Part shown: positions 38,641-51,839 of the stretch, in pieces
How positions within the stretch are numbered: position 1 is the stretch's first letter
How the letters are laid out: each line of letters starts with the position of its first letter
Origin: Eledone cirrhosa
Taxonomy: Eukaryota
NCBI GenBank assembly: GCA_964016885.1
Contig: OZ024743.1
Location: 328,104,001-328,168,000, forward strand
Direction of reading: 5' to 3'
DNA: 64,000 bases
Notes under the pieces: model-generated
The model's database searches: none
Told to the model about the DNA's origin: nothing
The model's input: the letters and a program-made list of their open reading frames with translations, nothing else
Translations under genes and position numbers: made by a program

Positions 38641-39114
38641 AGATATATATATATATACAATATATTAATAAATGGAAACTATATTTATAAAACCATAATT
38701 ATTTTATTATATATATTTCAAGGGTGACCAAGGTAAATTATGGTGCGCTTTCATCAGATAAAATTTGTTTTATAAATAAATATTGACATACCCGGAAAAA
38801 AGACAACCTCAACAGTTGAAATTCGATTGAAATTTGCTTTATATCAGTTATAAAAATTTTTAAGCTTGTTGAATCCCAACAAATTAAATATAACCTCTGC
38901 ATAAAAATCTTTTCCTGAGTCCTGTATTTTCGTTGTTCTAGTGATGCGGCTGGACTGCCGATTGCTATATTTGATTTGCTAAGCTGTCTAAACGTATTGT
39001 TATTACTCTGGGGTACTTTTCCCCATCCGAGTGCTAAAGCTACAGACCAAATTTGCATTCATTAGCTTGGCCGCGAACTAAAGCTTCGTTAATGCTGTAC
39101 TAAAATTTATATAT

Positions 39115-39457
39115 ATCATCATCATCATTTCATTTTACGTCCGCTTTTTCCCTGCTTGCAAAGGTGGGACGGGAACCGATTCTGGCTTGATTTCTACAGC
39201 TGGATGCCTTTCCTAACACCAACCTCATTTACAGTGAGTGCTGGGTGCTTTTTTGCCGTGGCACCTCCACGACCACTTTGCAGTGGAATGATATGGACCC
39301 CAGTCTCTATCATCTCATTTCTACAGCTGAGTAAACTGGAGCAATGTGAAATAAAGTGTCTTGCTCAAGGAAACAACACATCACCCGGTCTGAGAATTGA
39401 ACTCACAACCTTTCGATTGCAAGCCCAATGCTCTAACCACTAAGCCATGTGCCTCCA
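39115..39457 (-). mobile_element. Young full-length SINE, second copy
   Basis: Differs from 28468-28810 at only a handful of positions. Confidence 0.88.
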
Positions 39458-39898
39458 TATATATCTTTCACTGAACTGGAGAAGGTCCTATACAACATGA
39501 AACCGAATTAACAAAACAGCACCAAGGCGGCATCCCATTATAGGATGTTAAGTGTTAATTAGCAACTTTGCATATTATTTATGTAATCAATTTAAGCATC
39601 CGTATAGAGCTAGTAAGCTGTGACAGATTAGGGGGGGAAGTATCTAGTACTCCTGACAATTGGTAATCAAAAAGAGCAAAAATTAATTAAAAAAAGGAAA
39701 AGAAAAAAAAGAAAAATTTCAAATATTGAAGGCCAATGGGAGGCAGATTATGCATAAGAAAATTAAAAAGAAAAAGAAAAGAAACAAGGGCAGCTGTAAA
39801 ACAGCTAGAAGTTTCTGTTGTTGAATCTTTACATAACTTCCATGTACTCAAAGATTTTGTTTATATTTGGTAGACCTGTAATCATATGCAACATTATT

Positions 39899-39930
<32 letters not shown>

Positions 39931-42900
39931 TATGATTACATAACATTAAAAATCAATCTTTTTACTGTAATATTACAAATTTTCACAATCTGTCCACTAA
40001 TAAAGATACTATAAACATTTGAATTAAACTTGTTTTAGATATTTTTTGCTAAATCATAACAGAATGTTTAGAGTTAAAAATAAAGTGCAAATCTCAATGT
40101 GGTTATTAGCTATATTAACTCTTAAAATCCTCTAATGATTTAGTAGAAATATTTAAAAACATGTTTGGTTTAAATTCAAATGGTTATGTTTTTACTAGTA
40201 AACAGAACGTTGTGAAAATTTGCAGTATTAAAATAAAAACTTTAATATATAATGTGATGCAGTCATAGTATTGTTTTATACTTTTCCAGAATGTCTTGCT
40301 AATGGGGTTGCTAGTGTGGTACAGGATGTTAAGAATTCAGTGAAGGTAGTAAGAAAAGCTAAGTCAGTCTAACCTTTATCTACAACAGTAAGCTATCAAA
40401 AATCACATCAGTTGCATCATCTAGAGCAGCCTTACTCTGGCAGTTATGAATCTCAAGAATCAGTATGAGTATAGCCATTACTATTCAATCTATGTTAAAG
40501 TGCCTTAGCAGCAGTATCCTTGATAAAGTTAGGGCTTTATTACACAGCGTTAATAATAATTGGGCTGCTTTCTCAACAATTCAAGCAATTCATAGTAGTA
40601 TCTTATTTTCTACTCTGTATGAAAGTATTGCTGCAACTGTGAGCATGAAACAAAAGCAAGTCTACTCAAAATACTATCCTTAAAGAAGGAGATATTGAAA
40701 GAAAACAGCTGCAGAAGCAGACATGATTAGTTTCTAGTGATGACAAGTTTAAATTTTAAAAGATTACTTTTATTTATTTTAAGCTCATCCCCCTTTTTTA
40801 TTTCTTTTTTTACTGGTTTCAGTTATTAGGTTGTGGCCATGCTGGAGCACCACCTTGATTTAGTCAAGCACATCAACCCCTGTACTTATTCTTTTACTGG
40901 TTTCAGTCATTAGGTTGCAGCCATGCTGGGCCACCACCTTCATTTAGTCGATCATATCAACCCCTGGTCTTTATTTTACTAATCTCTCTTTTGTTGTACT
41001 TCTAAGTTATGAGACACAAAAACATCTCGTGTGTGTGCGTGTGCGTGTGCGTGTGCGTGTGTGAGAGAGTGTGTGAGAGTGCGCGCGCGCGCAACACTGA
41101 AAACAGAAGATAAAGATTGGTGTTTAATTAATTAATTGTTTTATGATAACTTCAGAAGATAGATTCATTATAAATCTCGATAGTGACTAATCGGTAGTAG
41201 TAGTTGTGTAACTTCATGTTTTTAGTCTCAATACTCCAGATCCATCTCACTGTCTCAAAATCACTGGACTACATGGAGTTCTAGTCAGCTGCTACAAAGG
41301 CAAAGGTGATATGCACTAGACAGAGGGACTTATTGTGGCATCAAATCGATGGATCAAGTCATGAAAGTTACAGAAAGAGCCATTGTATGACTTATTGCAT
41401 AAATGAACTGAGAGAGAAACTGGGCATAAAAGGGATAAGATGCAGTGTGCAGGAGGTTGCATTAGTATGGACATGGGAGATGTATGAAGGATGAGAGCTG
41501 TATAAAAAGGTGCAGGATGCTCAAAGTTGATGGAAGCTATGGAGTAGGAAGACTTGGGATGAGGTGATAAAAGCTGACCTTGAACAATTACACCTCTCAA
41601 AGTCAATGACACAGGATCAAAATCTCTGGCGTTACGCAGTAATACAAAAGACCTGCCTTCCCATGTGCACAGGTTGAAGCATTCATCTAATATACACTAT
41701 TCCCCTACTATAGTACAAGACACGAACCATATTTCGAATGAAATACACTATTTATAGGCTCCTATTAATTTTGGAAAGTACCAAGAATAACTAGTGTTCA
41801 CATATATTTCTATATCAAGCCGGTATTTAGAACATAACTTAGCATATTTTCCGACATAAAATTATAATGGAAAGTTAAAATTTAAATATAATCTACGATC
41901 CAAACAGGGTTTGGATCATAGAGCCAGCAGCAGTTTCAAGTGCATTGGTATCATGAAAGAGGGTTAAATGAAAAATAGTTTGAATTCTGGTGAACAAAGA
42001 ACTATAAGTGTGTATTCATGCATGTGTGTGTATATGTGTGCATGCGTGTATGTCATCACCTAAGTTGTATAGAATACTCAGAAAAACCTTGTATATGCTA
42101 TGTGCTTAGTTATAATGGAGGAAAGGACTTAGAAGAGAGTGAGAATAAAACAATGCCAGGTAGTATTGCAGTTAATCAGGGACTGTGAAAGCAGCTCCCT
42201 TCATTACCAACTACAACCCCTTAACAGCATCCCCACCCCCACCCCACAGCCATTATTACCAACCCCAGCCCTTTAGCAGCAGAGAGAAGTTAAAATCAAT
42301 TCCAGCTGGCAACAGACCTTACTATATTACTCATCATCTATACAAACTAGGGAGAATAAAAAACAAACATTATAGAAATATATAAATCATTCTTTTACTA
42401 TTTCACTGGTTCCAATCCTCAGACTGTGACTAGGCTGCAGAACAGCATTGAATGGAGTTAGTTGATCATAATGACCCTTCTCTTCTTCTTCACCCACATA
42501 TTCCTGGGAGGGTTGTGGGTGCAGAGTGCTTAAACACTCCTTCCAGCAGATCCTGTCAGAAGTAACCATCTGCAACTGATCCAGTTGGATTCCAAAGCAA
42601 GACCAGCTGAACTCATGGATGTTATCCAACCATCTTGCTTGGAGTCTACCCCCTGGGTCTCCTGCCAGTTGGTTTTGCCCATCAAATATATCCATCGATT
42701 CTTTCTTGAGACATTTTAACCACATGCCCATAGTATCGGAGCTGTAATCTCTCATATTGACCCCCAATACTTATTTCTTTAGTCTGATATTTATTTTATC
42801 AATCTCTTTTTTGTGGAATTGCTAAGTCATATGACTTAAACAGTATATATGATGGGCTTCAACACAGTTTCCATCTACCAAATTTCACTCACAGTGCATT

Positions 42901-43939
42901 TGTCAACTCAAGACACTAGAAGACACTTGCCCAAGGTGGCACAGAGTGCAACTAAACCTGAAACCACAAGGTTGTAAAGTAGACTCCTTAACCAAACTGC
43001 CATGCCTGGAATCATAATCTTTTAATGTCAGGGAATCTGCCAGCAATGGTTGGTCATCATCATCATCAACATTTAATATGTTTTCCCTGCTAGCAAGTGT
43101 TGGTCCAGAATCGTAACTAGAGTATGGCAAGCATGGTATGTGCCATGGGCGTCATATGAAGGAGGTGCACTTGGACTAAAAGCATTTTCAATTAAAGTTA
43201 GATAAGCTATCAGTAGAGAGTGAAAAAAGAAACTTCTTCAGATGTGATCTGTCTTTGATTGACATGGGTGAAAAGCACTATGATAGCTAGATCATTATAC
43301 TATCTATATAAATCATTAGGCCCATGTGCAATAGGTATTTTTGAGCTGATTTTATGATTATCTGAAAGATGGCTGTCAGATGTTTCTGCATGGCCGCAAT
43401 TTTCCTGTTTGCAATAGGAACTATTTGACCTAGTTATACCTCTGGGTTGGTCATCACATTCTAGAATTGAAAAGAGGAATTTAAACACAGCATGACTTGT
43501 TTAGCCCCAGGTCAGATTTGATCCAGCAGAGCCATGGTCAAAGATACCCAATCCAACAGACCTATGATAAAAGGTATTCAAGATATAATTAGTTGTGGTT
43601 TAGCCCTTGGTCTGTGATTATCCAATAGACCAATGATCGAGAGTATTCCAGCTATGATCATATTGTTGTTTAATCCTAAGTGAATCTTGATTCAACAGAC
43701 CTATGATCAAAGATCTTCCAGTTATGACTATAATTGTTTCTACTTTTTGGCACAAGGCCAGCAATTACCCAGTGTATTACTGGTACTTTATTTTTATCGA
43801 CCCCGTAAGGATGAAAAGCAAAGTTAACCTCGGCGGGATTTGAACTCAGAATGGCAAGGGCCGTAACTCTTTGCTGCAAAGCATGGCGTCCAACCCTCTA
43901 CCGATACTGTCAATCCATCGACTATAATAAAGATATATA

Positions 43940-44200
43940 ACTGTGTGCATTGGTAAGGACATGTAATGCACATGAATGATGATCGCTGGATGAAGAAGTG
44001 CCAGAAAATCCCAGTGGAAGGAAGCTGCAGTAGAGGTAGACCAAGGAAGACCTGGGCAAAGGTGGTAAGAGATGATCTTAAATCGCTGAAACTCACAGAG
44101 GAGATGACGAAAGAAAGTGATAAGTGGAGAGATGCTGTGCTGGAAAGGACCTGCCCAACCCTTGTAAGCGTGGAAAAATGGACATAAAAACTGATGATGA
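43940..44200 (+). mobile_element. RTE LINE 3' end fragment with (GAT)n tail
   Basis: Encodes GHVMHMNDDRWMKKC...GRPRKTW. Similar to 61005-61250. Confidence 0.8.
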
Positions 44201-44395
44201 AGTCTTGCTATGTGTATATTAAGCTGTGATCATGTGACAACCACATCAGTAGCTGTGTGAGAATGTCAGGCACTAGTGTTTCAGGACCTTTTTATCCATC
44301 ATCAAAAACATATACTTGGTACTGAAAATCAGCTATAGTTTATATAGATACACACACACACACACACACATTATATATATATATACACATAAATA

Positions 44396-45615
44396 TCTAT
44401 ACATATATATAAAACTGTAGTTATCTGTGTGTGTCCTCATTTTTGAAAAGGCTATACAAATCCACATTTCTACTCCGATTGACTTCAAACTTGCATTTAT
44501 ATATTCCTTGCGGTCTAAAAATATTAACTGCAGCTTTTATTTTTCAATTTTCTGTTGTTAAAGGGGTGTTAAGCGCCGGTTATCGATCTCCGTTGTGCCC
44601 TTATATCTGTCTGTATGCCTGACTGTCTGCATTATGATATTATGACAAACATTGATGACGTATTATGTTCGCTATTTTCCGTTCATTGCCAGGTAACGTC
44701 TTCACGAACCAAAGTATCGTCTTGCTGTTTTCCTTCGGTTGCAATGTTTTTCGAAATATTTAGTTCTGCGTTCACAGATTGATTTTTTTAGTTTCAGAAG
44801 ATCCTGTTAAGGCTGAAAGCAACGATTCTTTGCTTAAACTTTAATCTGTTATTTTAATATATAATATAACCCATGATAGCATGGAAGGTGGACGTTAAAC
44901 AAGGATGATGATAATGATGAAGCAAGGCAACCCAGCCCAGTTGCCACTTCTTGCCAATAAACATTAACCCTTTGTGCACCATTCATCTAACTGTAGACCA
45001 ATAAATACCATCTAAACGGAACGTTGACAAGAACGATGGCGAATGAATCTTCGAGGTAAGCAGTTTCCTCCCGAACTGTTAGTTCACGCGGGATTCTCTG
45101 CTACACCTTTTCGTAATAATACTGAACAATGTACTGCTGGTCACTCCTTTTTCCAAAAGCCGTACAAAGCGGACATGTGTATCAGGCAGATGGATCGGGT
45201 GCAAATCTACACCAGGCCTATGCGAGAAATTCGCAAGGGACTGCATCGAGAGGGATAGAGAGAAAGAGTAACTTAGTGACAAGAATACGAATGAACTTTT
45301 GAGGTAAGTAGCCTACGCCTTACTGCTATGACACTGGAACCTTCTGCCAACTTAACCTGTGACTTTCTCTTTCACATTTACTCCAAAAGGCCAAAACAGA
45401 GGAGTATGAAAAGAAGGGGCTCAACAATATTTCTATGAACAATGCACGTAGACAGCTAAACTGTACTTTCAACTTCTTAATTTTCTCCAAATAAAACAAG
45501 TTTCCTGTCGGTTTATTTTCGTGAGTTTTTAACAGGCACTCACAAATAAACGTTTCTCATTGGAGGTGCTATTACCAATGTTCTTACCCGTGCAACGCCG
45601 GGGATACACTGGTAG
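44396..45615 (+). mobile_element. Probable non-autonomous Helitron
   Basis: 5' end A|TCTATAC...ATATAAAA. 3' GC hairpin CCCGTGCAACGCCGGG ~10 nt upstream of GTAG|T (variant of CTRR). No TSD. Confidence 0.6.
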
Positions 45616-47253
45616 TAATATATATATATATATATATATATATACACTGTACATGTGATTGGCGTTAGGAAGGGCATCCAGCCGTAGAAAACCAGCCAGA
45701 AACACCCATATTTGAGCGAGACATGGTTATCCCACACAACTTGCCTCAAAATAGAGCCAGTCTAACCCATCCTAGCATGGAAGATGGACGTTAATCGATG
45801 ATGATACACACACATATATATATACACACACACACATATATATATTATACACACACACACACATATATTATAGATATACACACATATGTTGCCGTTATGT
45901 CAAAATATTTTATTGGAAACTTTAAAATAACATTTTCCTAGAATGCTGTAAATGTAAAACAAATAAATATTCTAATAAAATTAATATGAAATAACATTAG
46001 TCATCAACCCATTAACAAATTAGTCGGGTTTTTTTTTTTAGGGTGTATTTAAAAATAGCAAGCCAGAATTAATCACAACTTTTCAAAACGTTAACTTAGA
46101 CCAGCTCTCTCAATGTCTCTTCCCCCTCCACCACTCTATTAATACCAACAACTACAATTTATATAGATAGTACTCCTTCATAACTATTAGCCGAATCATG
46201 AGCCTACAGACAACAGAACATCCCCTTTATGCAACATTAACCCTATTTTCCCTCCATAATGATATATAACAAGTTTGTTTTGTTTTTTTGTCCCACGACA
46301 ATACATAGCAAATATTAGCAACAACAAAGGCAGCAGATGTGAATTCGTATCATCCTAGATCAGCTGTTGGATATGAATAGTTTTTTTGAAGGGCATATTG
46401 AAGCGAGAATTTCAATAAATTAACAGCAGATTTAAGTATTTCTACATAGGTCCCTGCAAAAATGGGTTAATAACTTCAGGACAGGTGGAAAATGTAGGCC
46501 ACCGAAACTAGTTATAGGACCAGGACCAAATATGAAATATAAGCCCCATTTCAAACTGTTCATTAAATACTTCAGTAACCAGAGCTAATCCCATACAATT
46601 TATGTATGAATTACAGGTAACCATGAATTATATATGAGTTCCAAGTACATGTAGTGTAACATGATGCACTTACATGTAACAGAACAATATAAAAGAACTC
46701 AGGAGTAGTTGAAGGAAGCAGGCGGTGCTTTCAATATCCTAGGCCCAAACCACCAGGCCAATATGACATACCCTTAGCCCAGAGTTAAGTCTACAACAAC
46801 CAACTTGATATATATATATATATATAAGAGAGAGAGATGGGGGAAGGAATGTTTTAGCAACTGTATACAATAGATTAGATAGTCCCAGCTTCATTGTTAT
46901 GCTGAGAGGAAGCTGCATGTCTGTCTAAAAGTTAAGTTAAACTGTATCGACACTAACGGACATCTTTGATATTGATACTAAAATCCTTCTCAGTGTGGTT
47001 CATTTTCTTTTTTTTTTTTTTTTGTATTTTCAATGTTAAAAATAAAATTTAAAAAATAAACTGAATCTTAAATTCTTTCATTTAAAAAGCCTTTGATATT
47101 AAATACCCCCCCCCCCCCCACACACACACACTCGAAAAAGAGAATTTTGAGGAATTTCTCAGAAGCCAACAACCTCATAATATTCAAGTTAGCAAGAATA
47201 CATGTTTAATACCTTCAAACACAAAAACAATTCACATAGTATAGATACATGCT

Positions 47254-47569
47254 TACTCTCGGGTCCCAAATAATTGGGGGAGGGTGGTCCGATAATTTTT
47301 CTGTTGTCTCCGTTCATTTTCTTAAAAACCAGAATTAGTCGTTTAGTTTACATATTGAGACCCCCAACCCATTCTATTTATTTTATAACGTATGGGATTT
47401 CTATTAATGTACTTTTTTGCCATGCATAATGTCTATTAATGTATAAAGAAAATTAATTGTCGCAGGAATTAGATTAGCAAAATTTGATAAGAGAGTGGGA
47501 GTGCGAGTGAAAGAAATCTGAAAAATTAATAAGCGAGGGGGAGGGACGATTAATCGAAACCCGAGAGTA
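47254..47569. mobile_element. MITE with terminal inverted repeats (Tc1/mariner-pogo type, TA ends)
   Basis: TACTCTCGGGT...ACCCGAGAGTA. Partial relatives at 5655-5760, 23570-23650 and 24458-24700. Confidence 0.75.
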
Positions 47570-49351
47570 CGTGTACTCTTAACTCCTGATGGAGTCGTAG
47601 GGGCTCCGTAGTGATTATACGGCGTCTTGGCTATTTAAACCTGGTGGATCCCATCCTTCTTCGATAGATACATATTTTTAGCCAAGATTAAGACACAAAT
47701 TTAGTGAGAAAGAAATCTTTGAGATGTTTGTTAGGCTGTATTTTCAGGTATTGCTCAAGGGTTTATTTGCTAAATGTTTGTCTGAAAACTTTTTTTATTT
47801 TTCATGACTTTCTGTTTTTCAGTTATTGCGTATTGTTAGATCATGGTGATGAGAAAGAAAAGAAAAAGTAATGTTTGGGGAAGAATTAGAAAAGTGTGTG
47901 TGTAATGTGTGTAGTGAACATGTGTCTGCGCAGTGAGCGGGTGTATGTGTGTGTTGTGGAAACGATGACACGATAAAAACAATTTCTAAAAAGATTCCAA
48001 CTTTAGTTATTGCCAAAGTCTGCGAGTTAACATAAATATAAAAATAAATAACAAGAGATAAGGCAAACTGCCAGCACTAGCTACTAGCAACAAGAGAATA
48101 TGCTGGTACCTTCTTCTCTCTACATCTCTTAGTATATCTACCAATCTATAACTTAAAACTACAGCAATTATTTTCGATGGGATGTATTTATTTCTATAGA
48201 GGTTATATATAGAGAGAGATATGTAAAATCCCAACATTAAAATACCTACAGAAATGCATGTGTATACCGTGTGTTTGTTTCGTGTATTGGATATATGGAC
48301 GAAGTGTCTATTATTACCAGTTTCTGAGATAACATTTCATATAATTATTTACCAGTTCTTCTATTTTGCTCGCCTCAATAGGTGCCATGCTGGTGAAAGC
48401 TTCTCTCATCATGTTTATAAATAAGTTGTGAGTCATTTATAATGTAGGAGTTTCACTTTCCACAATAATGTAACAAATATCACGATGGATCATGCATAGT
48501 TGGGGATAAATATAATATAAAACTTTAGTGTATTTCTATGCCCTTGTCCCTTTAAATAAACACATTTTGGGAAGGGGAAGGGCTTTGAAACAAGAAGATA
48601 ATGAGGTCTACATACAAATAAAAAAATGAGCTGAATTCTTCCTATAAAATGGGATCAGCTTTGAAGAGAAGCCAGTTGTTTAACCCTAGGCCAGCTGATT
48701 GAGAAGACATATGATCAAAGGTGTTCCAAACAAGACTGACCTGGATTTGATTTGATTTTCTTTGTGTCTATTTAGAACTACATCGTCCTTTTAAAATAAT
48801 AATAATAAAGTCAGGAGAGGTGTAAGTTGAAGGAATTTGATAGCTATTTGTATCAGGTCGAGAGACCACATAGAGGAAGTGTTGTTTGATAAACAAATCA
48901 CAGCAAACCAAGCCGAGAATATCTCAAAAGTATTCTAGTCTTTGGCAACATTCTCCTAGCATCCAGACTCTAGTATAGAATTAAATTAAAACTATAATTA
49001 GATACACATACATATATACCAGGTGAAGGTTTCCATCCTGTGTACACACACACACATGTATATCACTCAATACGTGTAGATAAAGTGTAAATTTTGTTTT
49101 TCTGAGTAGAAAAGTGGCAGTGACTTCGAGGTTTCAGTTTGGTCGCTTCATCTGGCTGTGTATAGGATAAAATATGAGATAAAATCCAAATGTAACTAGA
49201 ATGAATATACGATGAAAAGATGGCATCCCGTAGACACAGACGGGATAAAAATAAACGACTTTGAAGTGAAACCTTAAGATATTAGTACAAACTTCCGTGA
49301 AGCTTATTTCAAAACATCGGCCCAAATAATGCTAAAATAAATACAACCGAA

Positions 49352-49394
<43 letters not shown>

Positions 49395-50440
49395 CGACAA
49401 AGGAGATTGCGGAAAAGAAGTGGATGTTGTGATTCTGTTATTAATAAATTAGACATTGGAACAAATCTAAGAGAGAAAAACCTTCATTTAACATCCTTAT
49501 GGCTACAACAGAATTGTCCCATATTTATTTAATTACATTATTCCCCATTTCTATCGATGATGGAGGTATGTTGATATATTTCAGTGAAAAGTGAAGATTA
49601 AAATACTAAACAGAAAACACACGAACGTTGGTAAATAAACTTAATTTTTGGTTAGAGCGAACGAAGCGAGGTAGGATGTAACTTGGGGAGAAAAGAAAAG
49701 CTGCTAAACTATCTGTGTTATGTAGATAGTTGGTGTCTAGAAGAGCCAGAAGGAAGAAACAGTGGTAAATACGAAAAGAAAAAGAAATATAAAGTTGAAA
49801 AAAAAGCTTCCTAAACCTACAAGTTGCGTGAAGCTGCGAAGGAGGAGGGGAAGAAAATGGTTTAAGTTTACAGTTGCTGGCTACGAAGTCGGGGGTTAAT
49901 TTCTTAGATGGTTTACGTTACAGAATGATCCCTCATTTCTCACATATAACTAATAGGACTTACTAGTATTTAAATAAAATAACAGCTACAAATAATAACA
50001 ATAAAACTCCCATAGAGGACTTCTGATTAAATAATGGTTTTCACTTTGAATTTCTACCTTTGTGTATCTCGCACTCTCCCAAGAAACAGAGAGAAAAGTT
50101 GAGACACTAGAGAGAAATTTGTTTGGTAAAAATAATCTTTAATTTTAAATCCGTTTTCGTTGTTTTGATTTCGGTTACTTTGTCTCTCCGTAGATAGAGA
50201 GAAAAGTTTTAGATCTTGCACATAAATTGTTATATAAAATAAACCATAATATATTTCTAAACCGTATTTTACTGTTATTTGCGCTGTAAAGGAAAACAAC
50301 GCGCAGCAAACAGAAAACAAAAACTGGAGATTTTGAAACAAAAAAAAATATTCACGATGATTTTTTTTTTTAAACCCAAAGAGAAAGAAGCAATGTTTAA
50401 TGTGAAGATGAGCTTAAAAAAGATAGGGAAAAAAACCTAC

Positions 50441-50570
50441 CTTTGCGTGTCTTTTCTACAGATTTCTCTAAATTTGTATCATTTTTTGCTGTAACATCTC
50501 CAGCAGATTTACTGTAAAGTCCTCTAACTTTCTCTGGATGTCGATCAACTTTATCTTGCTGCTGCGCCAT
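50441..50570 (-). CDS. SMG6: SMG6/EST1A probable first coding exon (MAQQQDKVDRHPEK...EKTRK)
   Basis: ATG at 50570-50568, 130 nt open, donor AAAG|GTAGGT in phase 1. This fits the exon 2 acceptor (G+AA = Glu). An alternative in-frame ATG lies at 50600. The peptide is not recognisably conserved, so the assignment rests on phase and position. Confidence 0.7.
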
Positions 50571-50639
50571 TATTACTGCTGCTGCTGCTACTACCTTCAT
50601 ATATTAAAGAGTTACACTATAAACTTTTACCAACAATCC

Positions 50640-51545
50640 TTTTATGTTTGTTGCCAAACAATAACAACACTACACCACACCACACCACACGATATACTAC
50701 ACTACACCACACCACTCCACTACGTCATACCACTCTACTACACCACAATTCTTTTATGTTAGTTGCCAAACAACAACACTACACAACACCAAACAATAAC
50801 AACACTACACGATATACTATACTATACCACACTACACTACTCCACTATATCACAATTGTTAGCAAACAACAACACTATACTACACAACATTACACCACAC
50901 TACACGATATACTATACTACACCACTACGTCATACCACCCCACTACACCACAAATGTTGCCAAACAACAACACTACACAACACCAAACGATAACACCACA
51001 CCAACCGCTACGTCATACCACACCACCACAATTCTTTTATGTTAGTTGCCAACCAACAACATCACTACAGCGCACCACGCCACACAACACTCCACTACAC
51101 ACAATATACTATACTACACTACACCGCTACGTCATACCACACCACCATACTACATACAACACCACCATACTACATACAACACCACAATTCTTTTATATTA
51201 GTTTCCGAACAACATTACACCACACCATATACTATACTACACTACACTACATCACACCAAAATTCAACACTACACCACTACACTACACCACACCATGCCA
51301 CGCTATAAACTTTTTACGTTAGTTTTTAACAACACACCACGCCAGACCACTAAACTACACCATACCACTACCCCACACCACTACACAATACACCACATAC
51401 CACACAACATACCACCGCACCACTCCATACCACACTACACACCATACCACACCACACCACACTACACACCATACCATACCACAACACTCTGCCACACCAC
51501 ATATTACACCATAACATACCTCAACACACTACCACACATCTACAC
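50640..51545. repeat. Low-complexity CAC/ACT/TAC-rich degenerate tandem region
   Basis: ACTACACCAC motifs with a recurring CAATTCTTTTATGTTAGTTGCCAAACAAC superunit. Confidence 0.9.
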
Positions 51546-51839
51546 TGCTTACAGTTCTTCCATCAACAGAACGGCCTGCTTGTTAAATTAATGTGCAGGT
51601 GGTGAAGCATTCCACAGACACTCTCTCTTCTCCCACTTATTCCTGGAAGGGTCATGGAGGCAGAGTCCTCAAACACTCCTTCCAGCAGGCCCTGTCAGAA
51701 GCAACTGTCTCCAACTGATCCGGCTGGATCCCCAAACGAGACTAACCAAGCTCATGGATGTTATCCAACCATCTTGTTCAGTGTCTACCCCTGGGTCTCC
51801 TGCTGGCTGGTTTTGCCTGTAAAATCTGTCCAGCAATAA

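Noticed and set aside
48352-48411. Alternative first exon MMREAFTSMAPIEASKIEEL, or a C/D snoRNA starting ATGATGA
   Set aside because: The donor is phase 0, incompatible with the phase-1 exon 2 acceptor. There is no box D (CTGA) at a suitable distance.
50648-51591. His/Thr/Tyr-rich ORFs
   Set aside because: Translations of low-complexity CAC/TAC repeats, open in several frames.
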